The position numbers and the translations under genes were made by a program. Shown piece after piece: positions 24,411 to 36,300 of a stretch of DNA of 64,000 nt. How positions within the stretch are numbered: position 1 is the stretch's first letter; every line of letters begins with the position of its first letter. Location: positions 122,018,001 through 122,082,000 of the forward strand of contig NW_024704742.1 of NCBI RefSeq assembly GCF_018977255.1, in the 5' to 3' direction. The notes beneath the pieces were generated by a model. The model had not been told where the DNA came from. It did no database searches and saw nothing but the letters and a program-made list of their open reading frames with translations. This DNA is from Callorhinchus milii (lineage: Eukaryota).

Positions 24411-25701
24411 GGCTCTCAGGTGGTCTTGTTGCTGCCATGGGAGCATTGAATAGACTATTACTGAATATGACGTAAAAGTTTAAAAGGCAAACACTCAAGT
24501 TTAGGGCCTTATCTGCAACATGTGAATAGAACGCTGGAATAAGAGCCTTGGAATTTTTCTGTCATGTTTAAACACAATACAGGCAGTTTTATATTGAGTT
24601 TTTTGCTCCACATTGCTGTATTGCCAGCCGCAACACTGTAACCACAGCATAACTGCTTCCTTTGCTTTCGTAGAGGACAAAATATCTGAGAGTGTGGAGT
24701 GAGGAAGGGGAGGTGAGACTTGCTTTCGCTAAATGCATGTTTGAATGCAAAGTCACCAGTGAACATCATAGCACAAAATGGCCTTCTTTAGTGTTGTGAG
24801 CAAGGAACAGAAAATGAACAGTAAAGCATTATTGTGATGATTTGGCTGCACAATGGACAGATACACCGGTAATTTGGCATCTCTCAAAAATGTATGTTTT
24901 TTAAAAAAAAACAGACCTGCTCTCTCGCTGCTGACTTGTTTGAGAAGAAAGTCTCATGTCACCGAATTGACAACTTAAATGTTGTTTGAGTAGCTGCAAG
25001 CATTTTTGATTCAATGACTGAAAATATTTTGAATGGTGAAATAAGCAGCTCTCTGTATACTCTACCGCTCCTCTGGTGAACGGCTTGGCAGATTGTTAGT
25101 TGGTCACCGTTGGTGATCCTATTTTTCTGTGGGGAATCGACCATCATTTATATTTTACTTAAGAAAGTATTTTCTTGTTCATAAAACAAGTCATAGGTAT
25201 TTCCCTGAAGGGAAATTTGCTTACGTAGAGCATGGGCACAGAATTTGTTTTTGGCAGTCCCTCACCCAGATCTGCATCAGCTCTAACTTTATGCACTGAC
25301 ACCTCCCTATCTCTTTGACCTGCTTACCCCAATTGATTCATTACTTGCTACCTCCGCTCAACTGGCTTTGGCCTCCTGCTTGACCTCTGTGCCCTCTGTT
25401 CCACCCTCGGCGGCCACACTTTCAGTCACTATGCCTCTGAAGTCTTTCCTTTTCAACTGTGCTTACAGTTGGTCCCTCACCCCTCCCCCCAGCCTGACAC
25501 CTGAGATGTTGGACCAAACAATCATGTGTCTGATAGAAGAACATTGTTTTAATTTGTTCTTTGATCCTAAATCCCTGACTGTCGGGGGCCTTGGGACATC
25601 CTTCCGATGTGAAAGGCACTATACAAATGTAATTTGTTGTTGTTGTTGTTGATTTTCCTCTTTCAGTTTTCGCTCCTCCTGAGGGAAGCTCAGGATTTAT
25701 T

Positions 25702-25813
25702 CAGGGTGACCAAAAAGTCTTATTTTTCAGCTACCCTATTATCTAAAAAAAATCATAATTTCTTTAAGACTTATTAGACATTGTAATGGTATCACAACCC
25801 TCTGGTCACCCTG
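25702..25813. mobile_element. 112-bp MITE-like element
   Basis: Perfect 11-bp terminal inverted repeats, CAGGGTGACCA (25702-25712) and TGGTCACCCTG (25803-25813), around an AT-rich interior. Confidence 0.55.
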
Positions 25814-26016
25814 TATATGTGGATCCATAGACACCATCCATCTTACAATTTGTTCCAATGCCATTTTTCATGTATGAGATTTGATGTAAAATATCAACAA
25901 CAACAACTTGCATTTATACAGTGTCCTTCACCATGGTAGCATCCTGGAGATACCCAACACACTGCACAGTGCAGGTCCAGCACTACCAAGGCCTCACCTC
26001 ACATAGCATCTGACCA

Positions 26017-27322
26017 TCTGTGACCAGGGCTCCCTCTGCCTCCTCGTCCTCCTCGACCTATCGGCAGCATTTGATACGGTCGACCACGCTATCCTACTCC
26101 ACCGCTTGTCCTCCCACCTCAACCTTCAAGGCACTGTCCTTGAGTGGTTTAGGTCGTACCTTTCTCACCGTCTTCACTTTGTCTCGACGAATGGCTTCTC
26201 CTCCACCCCCCGTACTGTCTCATGTGGTGTCCCTCAGGGCTCTGTCCTCGGTCCCCTCCTCTTCACCCTCTATATGCTCCCCCTCGGTGACATCATCCGC
26301 AGACATGGAGTTAACTTCCACATGTATGCGGATGACACCCAACTCTACCTTTCCTCCTCTACTCTCAACTCCACGACCACCGATGTCCTGACAGCTGCCT
26401 GTCCGACATCGAGTCCTGGACGAGAGACAACTTTCTTCAGCTCAACGTGCGAAAAACCGAGGCCCTCCTGATTGGCTCACGTCAGCGCCTCCGCACCTCA
26501 GGCGCCGACACCATCAGCATCCAAGGCTGCACTCTCCACCTCTCAAAGCCAGTCAGGAACCTCGGCGTTTTGTTCGACCCTGAGCTGTCCTTTCTCCCTC
26601 ACATCCGCACCACAACTGGCACCGCCTTCCATCACCTCCGGAACATCGCCAGACTACGGCATTACCTCACCCCTCACGCTGCTGAAACCCTGGTTCACGC
26701 CTTTGTCACCTCAAGGCTGGACTATGGGAACTCTCTCCTCGCCGGCCTTCCCGCCACCTCCCTCCACAAGCTGCAGGTCATTCAGAACTCTGCAGCTCGT
26801 GTACTGTCCCGCACCAGGCTTCGGGACCACATCACTCCCACCCTCGCTCGCCTCCACTGGCTCCCCATCCCCCAGAGGATTGATTTCAAGATCCTCATCC
26901 TCACCTACAAGGCCATTCACGGCCTTGCTCCCTCCTACCTCTCCAACCTACTATCCCCCTACCTACCTGCCCGTACCCTCCGTTCCTCTGGCTCCGGTCT
27001 GCTCCACGTCCCCCGCCCCAATCGCCCTACCATCGGTGGTCGGGCCTTCAGCCTCTCAGCCCCGAGGCTCTGGAACTCTATCCCCCAGTGCCTTCGCCTT
27101 GCTTCCTCCCTTTCCTCCTTCAAGGCCGGTCTCAAAACCTTTCTCTTTGACCGAGCCTTCAGCTCCCCTCTCGACTCTCTTCCCCCTTCTCGCTCCCTCC
27201 CATCCCTCCCCTCACCCTGACCATTTCCCCCCTGCTCGGGTCATGACCCAACTGTGCAGCGCCTTGGGACGTCCTCCTGACGTGAAAGGCGCTTTATAAA
27301 TGGAATTTTGTTGTTGTTGTTG
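26017..27322 (+). mobile_element. Young 5'-truncated L2 LINE: reverse transcriptase C-terminal half plus 3' UTR
   Basis: Motifs [61 protein letters not shown] and HWLPIPQRIDFKIL. One frameshift near 26392. Ends in a stem-loop and (TTG)n. Confidence 0.96.
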
Positions 27323-27484
27323 TATTCTCCAATTGGGGTCACTGGGCAGCAATCATGAGCAGGAGCCTGAGCTGATGTTCTTCCTTCCCTAGTCCAGGAT
27401 TGCTGAAGTCATTTGTAGTGTCTCTAACTTAAGACACAGAAAGGACCTGAAGCCTTTATATCCATCTCGCTAAAGCTTGGCTAA

Positions 27485-27537
27485 AATCTTATGGAGTGAT
27501 TATACGGGTGTTACCCATATAATCACTCCATAAGATT
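27485..27537. repeat. Near-perfect 53-nt palindrome/hairpin
   Basis: AATCTTATGGAGTGATTATAcGGGT-gtt-ACCCaTATAATCACTCCATAAGATT: 25-bp stem with one mismatch and a 3-nt loop. Confidence 0.95.
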
Positions 27538-28659
27538 GGAGGTTAAGGAGGTTAAGGATAAGGTTACCCGGTCCTTAATACACTTGGAAACTTATCACCA
27601 TGCTTAAGAGTATCCAAACCAGACTGAGAATTCTGCATATGAATGCCATCCACACATGGAAATTTCCCTGTGTCTGGAATGGAATGTGCACGCTCTTCCT
27701 GGGGGTAAGCACCCTGCTTACCTAATTCCAAAGAGTAGGTTGGCAAGAATCTTTACCTTTTACATTATGAAGGGTATTGTTGCTTTCCGAGGGTTAGAAG
27801 AATGAACACTCACTCCACTTCCTTTACTTCAATTTTACCATAGCAGAAGGATTAGGATATTCTAAAAAGAAATGCGTGAGGACAAACTGTGTGGATATGA
27901 AACGGGTCTTTATTTGCAGTAAAAGAACAAAAAGAACATTGTAATCGTGTGTAAATAGGGATTAACATAGTTCTAGAAATAATTACCTTTCTTCAGTTTG
28001 TTTATAGAAAAAATTCCTTGATGGATAAAATTTGGTGAAGAATTTCCAAAACTTTTCCAAAATGATGCACCATAAATTTCCTTAAGATTTAAAATTTAAC
28101 TTAATTTTGGAGAATTCTTCAAATCATTCTCAATTTGGCAACCAATTGTTCCATAGTGTTTTATTAACTATGTAAAAGGGGGCTCGAAATTAAGAGTAAA
28201 TTTACGAGTTTTCTGAGCTTTACTCTCTATGTACAATCTCAAATGTTCAGAAAATGATGTAAAGGCCATGAACATGAAGGATTTGGGGTCCATGATGTTT
28301 ATAAAGGCAAGGTCAATTTTCTGAGTAATGGTATCTTACACTACAATACACCACGATAATGCATCAGTTTTACTTCACTGGGTAATGCCACAGTGAATAA
28401 AAAGTAAATAGAACTTGCTTCCAACATGAGGCCTCTGAGCAAAGCTTTCGTATTCACTGGCCCAGGACTCATTTGTTTTACTTCACTTGTTCTGTTTATT
28501 TAATGTCAATCAGGTTAAAATATAAGCTGTGCCTTGTGTCATAGATTCAAGATAATCTTATAGAATTGCTGACTTTTAAAAGCTTTCTGACATTCCAGAA
28601 TATATTGATAGACGTGGCAAATTGCTAAAATAGAGCATTGTTCATTTTGAGAGTTGTTG

Positions 28660-29057
28660 ATCAGCTTGGCTCAGTTGATAGCACTCTTGCCTCTGGGTCA
28701 AAAGATTGTGGGTTTGCTTTGGGCTCACTATTTATGTTGAGTAATATTGGAAGGGCACTGCATTAATGGAAGTGCCATCGTTCAAATGAAAGGTTGAATC
28801 GAGGTCTTATCTGCCTATTCAGGTGGACGTTAAAGAACCCATGACACTATTCGGATACAGAAGGCAGTTTCCCCCAGTGTCCCAGTATTAAACAAATCCT
28901 CCAGATGAATTGATCATTTATCGCTCAGTTGTTTGTGGGACATTGTGCACAAATTGGTTGCCGTGTTCTCTTACAAAGAGTCACTACACTTACAGTAATT
29001 AATATGATGCGCTTTGATGTGATAAGGCACTATATCAAATGGAAACATTATTATTAT
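28660..29057 (+). mobile_element. Full-length older Deu-domain SINE (SacSINE1-like)
   Basis: Head TCAGCTTGGCTCAGTTGATAGCACTCTTGCCTCTG, Deu core CAGGTGGACGTTAAAGAACCCATGACACTATT and an L2-like tail. Confidence 0.8.
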
Positions 29058-30714
29058 ATCTGACAGCATGTTGTCCTAGACACTTGCTTTCATGTGAAAC
29101 TTCTAAACGTGAGGTGGTAAACAATACAATTCTAATATTTTGGAACAGTAGAGCGATTCTGAATAACATTATTGTTGTTTGAACTCATTTCAAAAGATTA
29201 AAGGTGGAAGCTGCTGGGAAAAGTTTCAACAAAATCTTTCAAAAAATGTTGTCGTCCTATTAAATCTAGTCTGTTACAAGCCTTTGATTGCTCAGACTTG
29301 TGTCTGTGCCTGCACTTGTTTGGGCTGGAGGAACTGATTTTTTATGAGAGAGTATTCTCTGGATGTAGGAATTGCCTCTTTCTGTCTCACACACCCGTAG
29401 CTCTGCCACAGACGTGCTGTCTTAACGAAATGCTGCCCTGCACCTCCCAGGAGACTGGATGAGTTCAGCTAACGTCTATCCTCAGTGAATGCAGTCTGCC
29501 TCAGAGAATGCAGATCACAATAGTTTTCGCTCTTGATCATTAGGTTAAGAATTACATTCATTTCCTAAAGAACGTTTCCTTTGATTTTCCCAGTGGCTAT
29601 TCATTTGCATTCAATTACAGCTTTCTGGTTAAGGTTAAGAGATCAAGTCCCTCTTCTACTTTTTTTTAGAACAAAAAAATGTAAAGTAGTACTGGCACAT
29701 TTTAATTCATGTGGAAGCCAAACCTATACTTACATTACTTTGCTTGATATGGTATTAAATCTCAGATGCGCAACACTGCAACTGTTTTGGATCGAAGCAG
29801 ATCTCTGCATTTTCCTTTTTAATTGAAGGGATTTTCAGGCTGAAGATTTCTCGTTGATTGTTTGTAATTGAGGCAACTTGTCAGTCACGTATTGTGTAAA
29901 TTGAATTGTTAATTCTCTGTTTAAACATCTTAATAATAATGGAAACAATGGAAATTGGTGGTGCATATTCTAGGAAGCACTTTCAGACATCTCAACATGT
30001 GATAAGGCACCATATCAAACACAAGGATTATTATTGGATGCTGTCTTCCTGGGAGTGCTGAATGCCGGACCTGGAAGATTACAGGGGGGAGAGGGAAGGG
30101 GGTACTTGAGGGAAAACGGTAGCCCATATACTCATCCTGCTGGAGATGTGATGTGGGTGAGCTGGATGAGAGTATAAATGAAAACAAGCAGGTCTTGCCA
30201 GGACAGAAACACATGAGCAACGTTGCAGCACTGACTGCAGTGCTGAGACTGGAGTGCTCCTGGACAGCCCACCTCCACAGATGGCGTTATAAGTCATTGT
30301 TTTATAACCACTGCTTCATTTTTAAATCGGACTACTGTGTTCAAATTCAAATCACTCTGCTGTCACAATAGCTATTCAACAAACGTCCAAGTATCGCTTG
30401 AGAGCTGCTGCAGTAAAGTCTGGTGAAGTGTCAATCCGTGTTTTTTTTAAAAAGAAAACAGGGTTATATTTTTAAAGGAAAATCCCTATTTTTCAGTCGT
30501 TGGATTTAATGATCCATTTACCCTCGACGCTTATATCCCATAACTGTTTAGTTCATTGTTTACTACTTCCCACTTGTCCTAAAATGGCATTAACGATGCT
30601 GTCAAGGGGCCTTTCGGGGGTATTTGGGGGGAGATTCAGGAATGGATCATATTGGTTAGAGTCAGATGGACAGTAAGGGATTTATTTATTTATTGTGTGG
30701 TCTGCTGTGTGCTG

Positions 30715-31090
30715 TGCTGTCATGTGCAAAGCTCCCTTGCGATGCGTCAGCCGAAAACAAGCCTTGGATCAAATCTGCTGGAGAAGGAACCTACCTCGAG
30801 GGGCCCCTTGACGCCAGTACATCCTCTGTGCAGTAGCATTCTCACAAGACTGAAGCCGGTTCTGCAGCACCACCGAAGTAACCGACCGAGTCACTGAGAA
30901 TGCACTGCACAGATCAGACCCTCTGAAGAAGCCTGAACTCGTCCGCTGCACAGGCGCTGTCAGAACACTTTGCCACTGAACTGCCAGCCTTTCTACTCCC
31001 CCCACTTCCTCTCCCCCCCCCATCCCCATCCCCCCCCCCCCCCCCCACCCCCTAACTGACATGCTTTAATGACGGGAGAACCCAATGCCG
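30715..31090 (+). promoter_or_regulatory. Candidate PDE4D3 upstream regulatory cluster (M-box, CRE half-sites, CCAAT)
   Basis: GTCATGTGC at 30719-30727, TGCGTCA at 30743-30749, TGACG at 30809 and 31070, CCAAT at 31082. All lie in repeat-free sequence at the island edge. Confidence 0.4.
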
Positions 31091-31392
31091 CGTTGGGAGA
31101 ACGCAGGCTTCCAGGAGATGATCCCACTCCCAGTGACAGAGCAGTGATGACAAGTGTTGTTGAGGTGGATTGGAAAGAAAGGAACGGGGACGGTCGGGAA
31201 GAGGTTCTCAGATGACATCCAGTTCCTGCTCAACCCCCTTTTGCTTCGCATCGACCCAGTGCTGCGTGTGGCATCCTTTTTTTTTTGCGCGCGTGTGTGT
31301 GTGTGTGTGTCCTCTGCTCACTTACCACCTCCCTCCCCCCCTCCAGTCAAACTGCGTCGTCGGACTAAGAGGATCAACAGCTTAGTCGTTTC

Positions 31393-31420
31393 GTGTGTGT
31401 GTGTGTGTGTGTGTGTGTGT
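31393..31420. repeat. (GT)n microsatellite (a second one at ~31292-31310)
   Basis: Visible GT dinucleotide runs. Confidence 0.95.
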
Positions 31421-32473
31421 TGGTGGTGGTGGAGAGGGTTTTTTTGTGGGGGGGGTTTGTGCTGCGAAAGGGGTTGGGAATTTTTTTTTTACCCCCCCCC
31501 CCCTTTGGAAATGTTGCCCAGAGAGGGCGAGGAGGTGTCGGGGTGACTGGCCATGGGCGCTGAGGGTCGGGTTGGGGGTCTCCGGGGGCTCTCGGTGTCG
31601 GGGCTGCGGTGAGAGGCCACACAGCTGTCGGGGTGGGAGTGGGGGTGGGGGTGGGGGTGGGGGGTGGGAATCGCCGATGGAAAGTTTCCTCGGGCTGCGG
31701 CGCGCCATAGCATGAGCCCCGCGCCGTCCTGGCCGACACTCTCCTCTCTCCTCTCCTCTCCCGCCGGGAAGGAGCCACGGGAACCGAGCCGCCCGCCCGC
31801 CCGGGGGAGGGGGGGGGGGGAGCCGAAGGGTTTGCGGGGAGGGGGACCGGGAGGAAGGACGAGCCAGAAGCGCGCGGTTGGAGAGGCGCCGGGAAGAGAG
31901 TCAGAGGCGCGGCTGCGTTCGCGTCGTGAATGGTTCCTGCGACATCGAGTACATTTGCTGTTAGTTCGGGGGGAGAGGGGCAGTGAGGGGGTAGTAGTAG
32001 GGTTTTTTTTATTATTATTTGTATCCGGACCTGGTGGTTGCGATGCTCTGACTCCCGTCCTCCCAGACTTCTGTGTCATCCGTCCCATGTGCGTCCGGAC
32101 CTCAGCGTTCGTCCGGGGAGTTGGCGGCGATGAGCGGTGGTCCGGGGCTGCGGGGGGTCTCTGATGTGGTTCACCGCCACTCGCGGTCGAACTGAGAGCC
32201 TCTCCTCTCTCCGGTCACACGTCGGCGATGCACCCGACGGCCCCGCGCACACCCCGGGCGGCGGCGGCAGCGGCGGCGCGGGGATCGTGACCGGGAGTTG
32301 GGGTTTTTTTTTTTTTTTTTTTCGTTTTTTTTTCCCCCCTTTTGCGTTTTGGTGCGTCTGCGAGAACCACATCGGCGATTTGAGGATTGAGAGGGGGGAA
32401 AAAAGCCACACACCCCCCACACCCACCCCCCACCCCCCCACACACCCACACGCGTGAAGGACGACTCCCGAAA

Positions 32474-32520
32474 ATGATGCACGTGAATAATTTCCCCTTC
32501 AGGAGGCATTCGTGGATCTG
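32474..32520 (+). CDS. PDE4D: cAMP-specific phosphodiesterase 4D, isoform PDE4D3-specific first coding exon (partial CDS)
   Basis: ATG ATG CAC GTG AAT AAT TTC CCC TTC AGG AGG CAT TCG TGG ATC TG|GTAAGT encodes MMHVNNFPFRRHSWI plus a split Cys codon. This matches the PDE4D3 N-terminus MMHVNNFPFRRHSWICFDVDNG. Consensus donor at 32521. I did not find the common downstream exon in the window. Confidence 0.96.
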
Positions 32521-32577
32521 GTAAGTCCGCTCCCGCACACGGCGCGCGGTGCTGAGAGCCGTCGTCGCGTGTTATCC

Positions 32578-33352
32578 CGGACTCCCTGGTGCCCGGTGAC
32601 TCTCTGGTGCCCGGTGACTCTCTGGTGCCCGGTGACTCTCTGGTGCCCGGTGACTGTCTGGTGCCCGGTGACTCTCTGGTGCCCGGTGACTCTCTGGTGC
32701 CCGGTGACCCTCTGGTGCCCGGTGACTCCCTGGTGCCCGGTGACTCCCTGGTGCCCGGTGACTCTCTGGTGCCCGGTGACCCTCTGGTGCCCGGTGACTC
32801 TCTGGTGTCCGGTGCCTCTGGTGCCCGGTGCCTCTGGTGCCCGGTGACTCTCTGGTGCCCGGTGACTCTCTGGTGCCCGGTGACCCTCTGGTGCCCGGTG
32901 ACTCTCTGGTGCCCGGTGACTCTCTGGTGCCCGGTGACTCTCTGGTGCCCGGTGACCCTCTGGTGTCCGGTGACTCTCTGGTGCCCGGTGACTCTCTGGT
33001 GCCCGGTGACTCTCTGGTGCCCGGTGACTGTCTGGTGCCCGGTGACTCTCTGGTGCCCGGTGACTCTCTGGTGCCCGGTGACTCTCTGGTGCCCGGTGAC
33101 TCTCTGGTGCCCGGTGACTCTGGTGTCCGGTGCCTCTGGTGCCCGGTGCCTCTGGTGCCCGGTGACTCCCTGGTGCCCGGTGACTCTCTGGTGCCCGGTG
33201 ACTCCCTGGTGCCCGGTGACTCCCTGGTGCCCGGTGACTCTCTGGTGCCCGGTGACTCTCTGGTGTCCGGTGCCTCTGGTGCCCGGTGACTCTCTGGTGC
33301 CCGGTGCCTCTCTGGTGTCCGGTGACTCTCTGGTGTCCGGTGACTCTCTGGT
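32578..33352 (+). repeat. 18-bp GC-rich minisatellite (CTCTCTGGTGCCCGGTGA)n, roughly 40-45 units
   Basis: Directly visible tandem array with interspersed shorter variant units. It explains the repetitive ORFs at 32171-33484. Confidence 0.98.
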
Positions 33353-36300
33353 GGTGGCGTTTCCCCACTTGGAAATCCCGTGTGAAACTGTTGAGGAGTT
33401 CAATCGCTGACCAGTCGCTGTGTGGCGGACCGTGTGGTTCGCAGCAGATGCGGTGAGGTATCTATTTTCTCGCTGTGCGTTCACTCCCTCTCACGCCGCA
33501 CAGACGTTTTATTGCAAGTTTTAAACCCGAGCGTTTTCTGCACAAAACTGCAGCTGAGACTGGAGAACTTTTGGGGGACACAGACACAACTGCTCGGAAG
33601 TGAAGCAGTCGTCAGGGAGTGTGATGACCGCTCTCTGTGAAAAAAAACATTTGTGTAAAAACAGCTGTAGGGAAATGTAACACTGCACAGCAGTGCCGAA
33701 CACTGCCCTCAGAAAATGGATCGTCTGTTCCATGCGATTGAACTTCGTGTTATCAGGAATGCAGGTGTTTTTTTTTAAAAAAAGCAAAGATTAGGTTCTT
33801 GTGGAAAGTTGTGAAGCTGAGAGGTGGGTTCTGCACATGGACACAGGGCAGTAGGGAGTGAGGAGTTGTGTGTTCCTTACAGTTTGCACAATGTGATGAA
33901 CACTGCCACCGAATTTTGAAATAACTTGGGCCAACAAACTTTCAGAAATTTTGCAAGTTCAACCTCAAAGACAAGCAACCGAATTGCACAAAAGCCTTTG
34001 GATTTTTTTTTCTGTCGAACGTGTACATCTATTACATTTCCGTACTTTGTCATTGTTTGTATTTCTTTGCATATAGTCTGCGCCAGGTATGTTTGATTTA
34101 GCATCTTATTTGAAGTAGGGAATAACGAAGGCCGTGACATTAGTGAGGATATAAAGGCCGTGCTCCCTGCTGGTTTGAGGAGACAAAACAGCCAGTCAAG
34201 TCTTAACTTGATCGGTTTTGCAAACTGGTTTGTAAAACCTTGGATTATCAACAATGATCTCTTTGTTGATTTTCACTCTCTCCAGTTGAAAGTGACCCGT
34301 AGCCCTTGGCCTGGGAACCGTATTTCGTGAATTAAGCAGCACAACAAATCACCCCACCTCGTGAGTCGCAAATATACGTTTGATCCTGGTACAAAATCAA
34401 CGAAATAAGAATCGCCTTAGCAAGACCCCTTTTTTTTGAAAAAAAGTCGAACTCTTAAGCCACAATGGCCAACTTTACGGTGCTTCGACCCTGTGAATTT
34501 CTGCTGATTTAAAAAAATGTTTTTGTCGAAACAATGGTGCTGGTGATATCATCAGGGAGGGAGCTGAATTAATACCAGTGGTTGGAGTCATTACAGTCAT
34601 GTTTCACTGAGCTCGTCATTTCAACTCCGCACTTGTATTCGATTCAGACTGTTGAGTTCACTAACCTCCCCACCCAGTATTTTTTTCCAATCCTGACACC
34701 AGCTCTCATACTTTAAACATCATCAGTACAGTATGGAAACAAAAAAAGTAATTGCATCTGAATTATTTGAGACTGATTTCACAGACAAATTATTGGACAT
34801 CAGGGGGATGTTTCCAAGCCTTGGTTAATAATGGGTGGTACTTTGTTTAGAACTGCAGTAGCGATGCTTTGTTGGAGGTAAATGTAACTCAATTAGACAA
34901 AGAAATCTTCTGAAATACATTAATGGGTACTTGCAGGCATTGAATTCTGTCCTAATATTTTTGTAGGACTGCCAACAGTCGAACCCTTGACTGCATTTTC
35001 TTTCATAAAATGTTTAGATTAGTTAGGTCTTGGAGGTTAGTAACCATGATTCTGCCCTCTATCCACTTGAATAAAGCAGGTTAGCATAAACATATTTCCC
35101 ATTCCTGGTATACATTCGCACCATATGCTCTGTTGTTATTTTTCATTCAAGTAGGGTATATGAGGGAGGAAAAAATACTAAAATATACTAAATGTGATAT
35201 TATCATCTGTGAGGATTATCCCATTGCTCAAAACAGGACACCATTAGTTATCACTGACCTCAAAATCAAGAAACTGCCACCGATAGGAGGTCAGTTATAA
35301 ATAATGATCCCTTCATTTGATATTGTGCCTTATCACATCGTCGAAACGACTCAAAGGCTTCACAGGAATGTGTTGTCGAGTGTGGTAACTGTGTTTGAAG
35401 GCAAACCCGGTATCTAATTTCCATATAACAATGTTCCAAAACATCCATGAAGTGAATAATCAATTTGATCAGGGGGACAGTTGGCCGGGACACCTGGAGA
35501 AACTCGGTTCTTTTTAATGCAATGGGGTCTTTCACGTCCACTTGAACATACAAATGGGTTAACTATTGATTATTTCTGATCATACATATCTTTGGTGGTT
35601 GTGAAAATGTCTTCAGTGATAATATCACCCCTGGAGTTTCCCCCTCTAGATGTTTTCCCCTGCAGTGTTTCTGTGATCAGTAAACATTTTGAAGCAGATG
35701 GTTTTTAAATTTGGAGGGAATGATGACTTTGTCCATCTGCTGCCCATTTGATTCGCTGCGTGTGCTTGATCCAGGAGCAGGAAAGTGCTCAAAGACATTA
35801 TTATTTCTCTGTGCTTTGGAGGAGGGAGAACGAATGGAAAGATTTTTGCTCTAAAGAATATAACATGTTGGAACTCGTATCTTTGCAGGTGCAGCAGTCT
35901 GATTACAGATTGTTTACATTTTTCCCAAAATGTAGCATGGCGTTTGGGTGGGGATAGAAGATGCTTTCCCTGCTTTTGTCTTTCCACCAACACAAGGGGA
36001 AGATCAGATGATGTGCTGCTTGGAGTGCAGAACCACCTGATGTGAAGCAGCTTATCGGCTCCTCCAAACAGCAGCACTGGAATCAGGGAGGAGGAGCCCT
36101 GACGTCCAAAGCTAGGTTTTGTATTCGTGCCAGGTGCAACTCCTTTTTTGCATCAGTTCAAGAGGCATTTATGCCACTGCGGCAAAGTCTCGGCTTGAAA
36201 CAAGCTCAGGTCCCAGAGATGAAAGGGCAGTGTGCCAACCCACTGCACCACCCAGCCCCCAAATACACCATCATGTTTTTATCAGAGTTTATGAAACAGT

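Larger units (their letters stand above)
31240..33560 (+). promoter_or_regulatory. CpG island / alternative promoter and 5' UTR of PDE4D3
   Basis: A sharp rise in GC and CpG density against AT-rich flanks, free of SINE/LINE insertions, containing an isoform-specific first coding exon. The transcription start cannot be determined from sequence. Confidence 0.88.

Noticed and set aside
31154..32538. Many overlapping 100-200 aa ORFs in the GC-rich region
   Set aside because: Low-complexity translations expected from stop-codon scarcity in a CpG island, with no recognisable domain.
32578..33352. CRISPR-like array
   Set aside because: The units are head-to-tail with no unique spacers, the context is eukaryotic, and there are no cas genes.
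32171..33484. Long ORFs (437, 289, 273 and 153 aa) with VTGHQR / WCPVTL / PGDSLV repeats
   Set aside because: They are by-products of a stop-poor 18-bp minisatellite that is open in several frames on both strands and lies in an intron.
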